The position numbers and the translations under genes are program-made. From Raillietiella orientalis (taxonomy: Eukaryota), in NCBI GenBank assembly GCA_036172245.1, contig JAYWIR010000019.1:3348001-3412000 (forward strand): 64,000 bases of DNA. The letters run 5' to 3'. Each line of letters begins with the position of its first letter. Position 1 is the first letter of the stretch. Positions 39,901 to 51,500 of the stretch are shown here, one piece after another. The notes beneath the pieces are model-generated. The model ran no database searches, was not told the DNA's origin, and worked only from the letters and a program-made list of their open reading frames with translations.

Positions 39901-42900
39901 GTGTTTTTCCCATGCGAACTTCCCGACTCGGTTCCGCCATTGTAGGCCGACCGTATCTGTCTCGAGGGTTTCCGAAAATTTACCTGGAAATACACACACA
40001 CACCTAAAAAAACAAAAAACAAAAAGGTGATTTATCTGCTTGAATTTGAGAATAACTAATGATTCTTGTCTAAGATCAAATGGAAAAACCATGCTTTTAA
40101 TAGTTCAGTTCATTGTGTTCTGCGCTGATGTATTATTATCAAAAGCAAGCTACCTTTTTTTTTTGCGTTGGTCACTTATTTAATAACAGGAGAATTGTCT
40201 CCCCAAAGGGTTTTCTAAAGGTGGTGGTATGATTGCAGTCACGGTTCCCATTCTCGTCATTTGAAGCGCATTCGAATTTACGGATTGATGGAATGCAGAA
40301 AGTCTGAACGTTGTCATTCCGTGCTTTCAATTACTGATGTACTTATTTTGATTTTTAGTCATCGGAACAACGATGATCAGAGATTGATGTTGTCTCGCCA
40401 TCATTTTGAGAACTTAATCGTAAATAACAACGATCAACAGTGAGTAAACAATTGATTCTGTTCTTTGGCATTCAGGGAGCCATCTATCCCCAGCAGTCAC
40501 CCCCTCGTGTTATTAGTTCTTATAGACATGCCATAGTTTGTTATAATGTAGAAAATCCTGAGGATCTTGCCTAAGGTTACGTTATTGCTTTAGCTTGCTC
40601 TCGAGTTTCTCTGTCTAACGTTTAGGTTGATGGTAACGAGTTGTTAAGGGTTCTCAGGTACCCTCGTCCCCACGTTTGCATGGTGTGCGTTTTCCAGTTT
40701 GAGTTTTATCGGTGTCTTATTCTGGTTTGAGGTGGAAGGTCGCGTCCGTATGTTTTGTAAGTGAAGGAGGACTGGCAAAAGCCCTGGAAGTTTTGGTGCA
40801 TGCGAGACTAAACGAGGGGATAGTGGATCCGACGATGGGATAGCCTTTGCCCCTGCTTTTGCTCACAGTGATGTAACTTCCATGCATGTTCTTACTGAAA
40901 GCAACTGATGGGGATCTTCCTCTCGGCGACAAATTATCTCATTTTTGGAAAATGGTGCACATCTCGTATTAGCTCCTCGAGGTACTCTTCTTTATTGACT
41001 TTTTTTTTTTTTTTTTTTTTTTCAAATTTCACCTCACGTGGTCGCTGGACGAGGAAAGAGGGTCCTGCTGAAGTTCAGCTCGGACAGTCTCACTCAGTTT
41101 GCCGGACTGTAGGTTTACCCCGGATTGCAAGGGGATCTAATTTTCCAATAGCATCTGCAAATGTGTTTCATATAGGCTTGCCTGTTAACCGTTCCGCGGA
41201 ATCTTGAAATCATTCGATTTCCCGATGATGAACTCGAATCGGAAACGTTGGTAATTTTAGCACGGAAGCTTCCTGCGTTTTGTTTAGTTAGAATTACGAA
41301 ACGTGATCAAAAAAAAAAAAAGTGTGATGATGATGACGATGATGTGCCTTTAAGTGAACGCGTTGAAATATGTTTTTTGAAGAGCCAGAAAACCGGCATG
41401 AAGAAGGCCTTGCCCCCCTTCCCCTCCCCCGGAAAAGCGCGATTCGAACTCGGTCCGCAGACGAAGAGAGTTCGTCTTTGAAGGAACAGTTCAGTCGTAA
41501 ATTTAGTAAAAACGAGTGACTGAATGTGGAGTAAATTTCCTAAGTAAATTTCCAGGATCAGGCATCTCTGAAATGCATCGAAGGGCATTTCTGGAAAAGA
41601 AAAAAAAACTCTCTTTTTCCTACGTTTTCCTATTTCTCATATCTCGTGGCAACTTCTTTATCTTGCAGCGCTCGAGTTAAGCACCTTCTTGAAAAAAAAA
41701 AAAAAAGAAAAGAAAAAAAAATGTAGGGGGGGGGGGGAATCTCTCTCAAGATGCAAACATCACATTAAGAAGTTATAAAATGGAAATTTCAGAAATGATC
41801 ACTGGTTTTATGCGATCAGTGTCCTATATAAACGCATTTAATGAACACTCTTATTTCCTGAGAAATTCAAGTTCATTACTCCGAGTAAGCCAAAGAAAGC
41901 CAACAGGGCAGCCATGCGAACTCGATTTGAATACAGATAAAAAAAAAAAAAAAAGAAGTGCCGATAAAAGAAGGTAATCTTGGAAGTCGCCTGGCGAGTA
42001 AGTTCTATTCGAACGACGGCAGATTAGCATTTGTGTGAAAACGATGACGAGAAGGTCAAAACAATCGCAAGATGAAAAGGGTGTTGTTCTCTGCGCATGC
42101 TTCCATCTCGGAGGAGGAAGAGCATCCTGGAGCCACCACGACTGTACTTTGTGTGCGGGAGAACCGAGACTCTAAGCGAGCGTTCTTCGGCGGAGATGTT
42201 CCCTCGCTGGAATACTCCCGAAAAGGGAATGCTTGCACAGGTTTTTGATATCCTTTTAGCCGTGCTCGAACCGGAATGGCCCATTCAAAGAGACATTTCA
42301 TCCTCACATGCGACAAAATGAATGAAAATCCAACAAGTTCTTGATTGAGTACGGGGCTGGAGGAGTGATGCTGGATCACGTGGCCCATCTTGCAAGGGGC
42401 CATCGAAGACGTCGCGGAGGAATTCTGAAGTGAAGCGCCGGGAATGCTTTTGCGAGATTTTCTTCGCCCCGAACTTATATGCCAGCGCTCTGATGTTTCA
42501 CTTCGCAAGTGGTTGCGAACATTGAATATTGGAAGAGCCAATAACTCGGAGAAGACGAATATTCAGCAGCCTGCAGATGGTTTTGGTATTGTGTTCCGAG
42601 CTCTCTTCAGTTCCTTCCGTATTTGCCGTCCGGAGGTTTGCGAACTCTGATGCATTTCAGTCTGTTTTTTTCTTTGTCTGCCTTCGTGCAGTCTCTACGA
42701 GCCCTTTCGTTGTTGTTGTTGTTGTTGTTGTTTTTCGCTCAAAAGGAAATCTATTTCTATCCTTTCGATTCGTTTTTAGAATAATAGGTGGTTAATTTAG
42801 GATGATGTTTTTTGGATATAGCTGTCTTTTCCTCTGCCAAAATGCACAGGGAAATGCTCGGGTAAGGCATCTGTCTTCCCTGGGAATGATGATGATATGC

Positions 42901-45469
42901 GTTGAAAAATAAAAATGCTTGGCAAAACCCCTGTGGGTTGGTGTCTCTCGAAGAGATCATTTACAAATATCTGTTTACGTTGGTTCTCTTTTTAAAAACG
43001 CAGAACTATGACGGAAGGAATACCGAGCATCCGCACTCACTCATAAGTAAACACTATTCGGATCACTTAATGGTATCCACGATATTCCAGGGGCATTTTT
43101 GTGACGTGTTTACAGGTTAGCAGTGTGATGGAGGAATCAGCGTGTTCGTCTTTGCGATTCTAATGGAGCATTCGGCTTTCAAGTTTTGAATACTCGCGTC
43201 TGTTCCTTGCATGGCGCCGATCCTCTCCGTCTTCCAAGTGTTCTTCAGGTGTTCTTCAAGCGTGCCATTTGTTTGCGATTTGGATCCGATTCGGGAATAC
43301 GTAGATCGCAGTCTTTCAGCAAAAAGGCATCGCTGATGCAGTGCAATGATGGCGGAACTTTCCGTGGATTATGTCGAAGCACTGATGTTGAGGGTTCAAG
43401 TATTTTAGCAGCCTCTGGCTTAAAGGCACATCGGACCGTTGCATCCAGTAGTTGCAAACTTTGACTAAGGCCTGCCTTCCTGGTTTGCGATGTACAACTG
43501 AGACTAAATATGCAGACGATTTCTACTCTGGATCGGTGCTACTTCGCAGCCAGTTTTATCAGTGTCCGAGTCTCATCTTTCATGTTGTGACTGTGTTGTG
43601 ACTATTTGTCTCTCTGGACTCGATCCAGTTGCCTCAAAAGACCTTTCACGCGGACGAGAGTGCAGATCGATGGTTGATGATGATTGCATCGAAGTATGGA
43701 ATGACGTTACTCTTCAAAAATGCCATCGCATCGAGATCGCTTTGGGTTCGAGCCTCGGTCCCTACATCCATGAGATACACCGGAAAACATTAGTCATTTG
43801 ACCGCCTGCAGGTATCAGTTTCGATTGTGCTGAGGGACATCTTCAAGGAAAGATACACGGATCGGAACTTCGTGTGCCGTCTTCAGCACGAAGACACCTT
43901 CTCAAGACAATGACCGTTGTACGTGTATTATTTTCCAGGCTTTTAGCAGGCTGCGAACACCCCGATATGACCAAATAGCCAAAATGGACTTTTGCCAATG
44001 GCACCCTTCAGCGTGTTTCCTTTCCTTTCTTTCTTTCTCTTGCTTCTTGGCGTAATGAAGTTGGACTTTGAATCCAATTTAAGCATGAAGGAATGAATGC
44101 AAAGCATTCCTCAGTGAAGCGTTACTACCTGGACTCTGAAGGAAATGGGAAGAAAAAGAAAAATCCGGAAAGCTTGCTCGTGTATGAAAGTGCACTGCGT
44201 TCCCCTGGCCCCTGTAACTGTTCGAAATCGGATACATCCTCCACATCCACCTCTTCGGAAGTGCACTCCGAAGCACAGATGCGCGCGGCTACCAATCGAC
44301 TCGCGAGTCTCTCACTCTGAACCTTTACTATCTTTCGATAATTCCTGCATTACTTTCCAAGGCGTATCTACTCCTTCAGGTTTTCCTTTTTTTCCAAGGC
44401 GCAGCATGTATCTCTTCGGAGACCGGGAAACTTAATTACGTACCGCGTCATCCTAAAGATTACTTTTGCCTTCCGAGATAACTGCGGATTCTTTTCAAAA
44501 AGCTTCTCTTTGTCTCAAATCTCTATGATCATACTGTTCGATCACATCATCCGCTTGCTTTCTGAGCCCACATAACTCACGGCGGCCGCAGGGACGGCCG
44601 GTTCGGTTTCCGATTTCCTCCAATGCAACTGCTCGAGTTTTCCGAACACGGGGAAAAAACGTGCACGCCGCCATGCACTTCTTGTTGCTGCTGCTGCTTC
44701 CTATGTGCGGAGCTGTCTCCTCGGTCACTTCTTTTCCCTTTTTTTTTTTCTTCCTCTGTAGGAATTCCCAAGCATCTGTAGTTCTGTTCGTAGCAGGAGC
44801 AGTTTTTTTCTTTTGGAGCACAGAACTGGGAACTGACGCTTATTCAGTGCCTTCAATGTTTTCCTCACCTGTCAGCATGAATAGATGCGTTCTTGCATGT
44901 TTATTGATAAATTACCATTCTTCCTTTTCACAATGCACTTGATGTTGTCACATGGAAGGAAAAAAAAAAAAAAAAAAATGCTCTGTGAAAAATTGTGTGC
45001 ATCTGGCTCTGCATCACTGCGAAACTATGTAACGCCCTTCTTTCACTTACCGCAACGAAAAACGATGGCCTGCAAATAATTCCAATTACCATCTTCAATT
45101 CAAAAGCAAAAACAAAATCGAAAAGTGTGGTTCGTATTTTTTTTTTTTTTTCTTTACAAATTCGTTATAGAGTTATCTGCTGTCTACTTCCGTGTTCACA
45201 GCATCAACTGATCATGTCAGATCGTTGAGCACTTGTTTCTGCTTACCACCGCATTACATGTCGAAGGAAAAGTAGAAAAAGCATTGGTTGAAAAGTGGGT
45301 TTGTCTAAAGTGAGCTACTCGATGCGAAGAAATACCGTGGTGAGGTGGTGGCTTTCTTTAAAGAGATAACTGAGTCCCGTTTGCAGTCAGTCTTCCTTCG
45401 GTTAGGATGCACCCACAACATGAAAATTACCTCCCAAACCCATTTCTCTCTTTCCTTTCTCCATTTTTT

Positions 45470-45508
<39 letters not shown>

Positions 45509-48500
45509 TTTTTTTTTTTTGATTCCAGACCTTCTTTGGAAGAAGTAAGAAGCTGGGGCGAATCCTTTGAGAAGCTAATGAAGCACGCAGGCAAGATTAT
45601 TTATATACTTGTACTAAACGAATTCATGTGATATTTTTGAGAAGTATAACACTTTGTACCTTAGTTGGTAGAAAGATATTCCGAGAATTTCTGAGAAGCG
45701 AGTACAGTGAAGAGAATTTCCTCTTCTGGTTAGCCTGTGAAGATTTGAAAAAAGAGGTAGATCTGCAGTTAGTTGTAGAAAAAGCCAAAGGAATCTATGA
45801 AGATTTCATATCAATCTTGTCGCCAACAGAGGTATCGTTTGCATAATTTTTTGTTTTTTTTCTTCCTTAATCCAATCTTGCTTGCAGCTGATTAATGCAG
45901 CTTTAATTAATGCCTGCATTGCTCATTTCATGCTGTCTTCAAATAATGGTTTTTTTTTTTTTTTTTTAATCAGGAAATATGTAACCGGAAATTGCACCCT
46001 CAACTAACTGTTTTTTTTTTTTTTTTTTTGATGCATGCGTGAAAGCAACAGTTTTATTCGAATCAACAAATGCATTCAATTTTGCATCCCGAAATCCGAA
46101 AAGCATAAGGCGTATATGTGTGTAGTGATGCAGGAAAACACTTTCCTTGCCAGTTCACGTGCTCATACCGAAACGTGGGTGCCATTCAAACGGTGATCAT
46201 TCACGTTGAATACGGCCGAAACAAGCGGTCAGCTGATGCTCCTCCGTTGATGAATGAGAGGTTAAGTAGATCACAATCCCGGAGGCGGTTTTTGCTTTCA
46301 GTTATGCACTCCTTAATGTCGAAGTTGGGATCGGTGGAACACTTTGATTTTGCAATTAGTCGTGCACGAAAGCTCGCGGATTACATGATGAGAGGCAAAT
46401 CGGTGGACCGAGAACCACCGAAAATCGTGCATTCGGCAGTTTGCTCTCTTGGGTCCAATGTCTTCCGCTTGAAGTATCACTGAACCTCAGAAGCCGTACA
46501 CAAGTAATTGTACAGTGACAGGATACACGTATAGCTGAAACGTGGAAGCATTGCTGTGGCTGCTGGACACTTTGTGCGCCGAAAACTTGAAAAAAGCTGC
46601 ACGTCCGTGACGTAAATGCGTGCAAAATCCTCTAACGAAAGACTCGATCGCGTTCGCCATGGAATGTTTTCCAGAACCATCATAAACTCTTAGCGTTGTT
46701 GGTCTTCCGCCCACATCGTGTTAATTGTGAAACGATTGTTCCTCCCAAATCATGTGCTCCTTTATTCCCATTTTTCGTCCGAGGACGACGATTCTGCGAA
46801 TGCAGGGCATCGGAATCCGGTGTCAGATGCAGTTTCATTCGGTCTCTGTTAGGCTGATGAAGTCTGTCGCTGTATTTTCACCAAAAACGCTGCTTCTGTC
46901 TCTTTTGCTCCGTCGAAACTTGCTCTGATTTCAAGTTCTGTCCTTGATTTTTCATTTGCGCGACCTTGAAGCTCCAGTTAGCGAGTAGAAGAACTTTCTG
47001 CTTACACCGGAAACCGCGGTGGCGAAATTCTTGGATCTTACCGTTGCCTCAGGAGTATGCACCAACCTAACCAGGTCTAACTAGAACTTCTCAAGCCGTC
47101 TCCACCAAATCCCCACAACTACAGATAGGTCCCCTCCCCCCTCTCCCCACGCCTACTATGGGCAGCCGGGTGGGAAATGCTTCAGTATTTGAATTATGCA
47201 AGAATCACGGCTGTAACCCTTTAGGCAGGCTCGCGTGGCCCCACTAGTCATAACGTCTTGTGAAGATGCCGTCTTAAGTCCTCTCTGTTGGTAGTGAAGT
47301 ATCGCGTGAAACTCAAAAGTGAATCGCTCGAACAGACATTGAAAACAAACGCGTCAGCAACTCACAGCCACTCATTCAGCTATTCGAGACGCTTTATCAG
47401 TTTAAACAGGTAACTTTTCTTTTTCTCCCCTTTCCCCCCCTCCATCTTTATAGTTTCTCATCGATCCATTCGTGTCTCTGGTATTCCAGATTTCAATCAT
47501 TCCGATTTTTTACATGCTTACCACCCGACTGATTTCACGCACACACATTATTCTATGCACAAAAAGGTAGTCATGTGACTGGGGATTTAGACGCCAGTGT
47601 TTCGTGTTGGGTTCTGGCGCTGACGTTTTGCATGTACATGAACAACAGTTTCAGATGGATCGCACGTCACTTTGTCTTTCACAAAAAAAAACAAACAACA
47701 ACAACAACTCAGCAATCGGAAGTAAGTAAGTACATCCAGGAATCTATAATGTTTCCTCAGCAAATCAGTAGGTTGTGAATGTGTCATCACGATACCAGTA
47801 GTGGTCTGCAATATGATTCGTTTGGCCACCAAGGGGCGCTTACAGTGCACTTGAAATTCATATTTGAAGATGCTTTGGTACTCTTCAGCTTCTGAACAGG
47901 CTTCATCTTAGGCTGTAGTAGATGGAGAGTGCTCGATTAGTTCATATGTGCTCGATTAGATAATGGAGTTAGTAACGGAGGTTAGGCAGTTTCCCCGTAC
48001 GATATAATTCCTACAAAACTTCAGCAAATTAAGGCAGCAAAATAAAGGTTTAAGTTATCCGACTGTGTTTATGAATCCAGTTAGCCATTTTCACTTGAAC
48101 AGCTTATTCACCCCGTTGAAAACTATATCTGATGTGGAATCAATCGGTTTATGTTATCCAAAATATGACCTCAGTGCTGTGAAGTAAGTAAACAGGCAGA
48201 TGCTCTGAAACAAGATTAATTGACGATAAAAATGCTTAGTCAATCTTTGGCAAGCATCTTGTTACATTGGGCTCATTTTTTACTAGAAGTTTGGCAGTTT
48301 CTGAACTTAAAGTGAAATCCATATTGCCCGCTTTCGAAAAAAGAGCGAGCGGTTGAATTTCGAATCTCCCCAAGATAATAAAATCTGGGGATTCCTTTCT
48401 TCTTTTTTTCTTCGCTTTGGATGAAATCGAACAATCCGGTAGCAGTTTTTTTTTTTTTTGGCTTTCCGATGAAAGTACACAGCACAAGAGAGAGAAGCTC

Positions 48501-51500
48501 ACGAAAAATGGTCAGGATGGCTCATTGCTGTGCTTTGCGAGCGCCCTCAACATTCGACGACCGCAGCTTCCTCCAAGCTCCATCAGCACAACGCTTGCGG
48601 GCAGTTGACTTTGATTTGGAGAAATAGGCGGATATTGGACCTATTTTCAAATGTGAGCACGTAACCTGTGGAATTTGCGAATGCACCATCGGAACAAGTC
48701 GATAGAAGTCCCCTTTTTGGGTGGGAACTGCAGCCAATCATGAAGTAAAAGGTTTATGTATTATTTTCCATTTATTCGCCAGCTTTATCGCTGCTATTTC
48801 TCATCGCCACAGCAGTACTTGGTTTTCAAAATAATTTCCAAATGCCAGAGTTTGCCTTTGAAAGAACACCCGCGAACTAAACTCACTTCACAGCGGATAA
48901 GGTCCTTTTTCCAAAGCAAACTTTGCAATCTATAAAAATTGCCACATCTTTCCTGTGTCATCGCGCGATTGTACTGAGAAGGTACTCTGTCATCTAAGCA
49001 ACGAAGATTTAAGAATTTTAATAGATGCTCGTAAGTCTACTAATGCTAATAGACTTGGGTGCTAATAGCGAGAATTTGGCAAGCACTTCAAGTATGTCCA
49101 AAACATCATGCTTAGTGTAAAGACAAATAGGGCAGTGAGGAAAGTTCCAAGTTACTTCGGAAATTCTGAAATTCCACCAGTGATGTCACTGAGTGGCTTT
49201 TGAAACAACGGGTGCCCAGCTATTCCCAAGGAGTTCCCTTCCCAGTGGCACGTCACCGGCCGGGAAACAGGAACGAGTGAGCACGGCGTAAATCGAGGGA
49301 AGACGGATGCTTGAAGAATGCTTCGATGGTTCCATGAGTATCAGTTGATCAGTCACCAAAGGCTTGCAGACTTTGGTGACTGATCGATTGATACGATGAT
49401 TTGGTACTTCACGTACTTAGCCACAGGGCTGGTGTGGCGCCTTTTTTTCGGAGAAGAGCAACTGAAATGCAAAGTGCCGTCAAACAAACTCCCCGCGGTG
49501 GTCGCAGCTTAGAAGGACTGTCGGATTTTTATTTGTATGCTGCGCAGCTTTGCGAGTGGCCAAGAGGGGTGGAAAAAAAACACACACACACATATTCGGT
49601 GGGATAAACTCCCGTTCAGACGTGATTTTCGGTTATGTCGCATGCGGCATAACCGAAATGCGACATAACTTCGGAACGTAAATAACCGTTCCGTGCTCGT
49701 GTTATATGTGGTCGTAGGGAATGTCGGTGGCTCGAGAGGGCTTCAAAAGCGCCATCAGACAAATGGGGTGATCGGAAAAATCAAAGCATTTTCTCGAATT
49801 CGGGGATCCGTGCAGCCGTTTCCTATTGGACGTGGCTGAATAAAATTCTGTGCTTTAAACGAAATTGCTTAAAAATCTGAGCCCGGGATGGTATTCTGCA
49901 CGCGTGCTTTCCTCCTTGGTAAGCGCTTATTGCACAAAAGTTGTGTGCTTTTAAAGGAAACCTTAAAATTCATTAAACTTGTTAAAAGTGGCGTCGGAAA
50001 GTCATGTTTTCTTTTACTGCCTGAAGAATTAAGACTGCAAGTTTTTTTTTTTTTCCAACTCCGAACCAACTCGTGTGACTTATTCTCAGGAGATCTTAAG
50101 TATTCGGAATGGGAAGAACCGTCTTTGGAACAAGAGTCGAGGCGATATTTTTTTTATAAAGTCCCGGTATTCAATCTGAGGAATACATCCTACCGACCCA
50201 CGAAGCCACATGGCAACTGAGGATAAAACAATAAAATTGTTACTGTCACACCCCAGCAAGAACTTATACATAGAGCCCATTTCAAGGAAGATCATTCCCT
50301 CGCGACTCCTCTTGTGGATGTAGAACATTAACAAGAATTGAGAGCCAAAGCTGGAAACACTTTGCTGAAGTGAGAGGAAAAACTCTGTAAAGAAATGAAT
50401 TTTGAATCTTCTCAAGGAATAAATGGATCGGGAAAGCAGAGAACCTCAGTCATGCGCTCATTTGGCAAAGTGATTTGCTTACCATCATACTTTGGAGTGC
50501 TTTGGGTTTTTCAAAGAATTTCATTCGGCATTCGACAGAACACATTATTTGAACCTTGAGGACTGTATCCGATCCATTTTTCAGATACATATCATCTATA
50601 CAGGCAGGGATTTCAGATGCGAAAAGATGTCAAACAGAAGGCTCGCTGCTTTCCAGCGATGATGGAGAGTGGTTGAGCTCGTGAGTGGAAAGCAAGCACA
50701 AGTTCCGAAAACAATATGTTTCGGTAAATTTGCTGCAAAAGTATGTTGCTTGAATTCAGATCCTTTACTTTCAAAAAAACACGCTGAAGCAGGTTCCAAA
50801 GAAAGCGTATTACAAGTTTCTGCTTGCCACGATAGCCTTTGAGCAGGATGAGTCTTGCTCTTTGAGTGCTCGTACATGTTGCCAGTACCTCACAGTGTAA
50901 ATACACTGTAAACATTCGGATACACGAATCCCAAGTAAATCTAATCATTTTGCGCTTATTTATTTGCTTTTGGTTGGATATGGTAACGTTCTGGATTTCT
51001 CAGGAAACATCAGTTCCCTTTCAGTTCCCTTTCAAGCTCCATGTGGGATGCGTGACCCGATGAAAATAGGGGTTCGATCTTATCGTAAACACAAGAATGG
51101 AGACAAAGCAATTTAAAACATTATATAAAATCGATGAAAAAGTTTTCTGAGCACCTTTACTTTATAACAGCGTATTCAATGTTTCATCACAGAATCGAGC
51201 ACTGAGGTCTGCTACGGAGGCGGTTTTCATCTGCCACAAGTTGTGAACATAACATTCAAATTAAGCAAGATGGAAATTGCAGATTTATCTCTCACCACTT
51301 AATGTTGTGATGGCAAGACAAGTGAGCGGTGTGTATTTTAGCTTACATGAGTGCACCAATGTACAATTCTCTCATGTTTGTCTCTAATACCAGTCACAAA
51401 TTCATAGAAATTGCTTGAGACAACGTCATTTTTCCAGTTTCTTTACCTTACATAATGAATCTTTCACGAACAAGCGTTTCCCAGTCCCATTTCGAACTAT

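Noticed and set aside
49338..49394. miR-9/miR-79 homolog (ctttggt / accaaag words)
   Set aside because: Arm order is opposite to miR-9/79 precursors on both strands, and the rest does not match.
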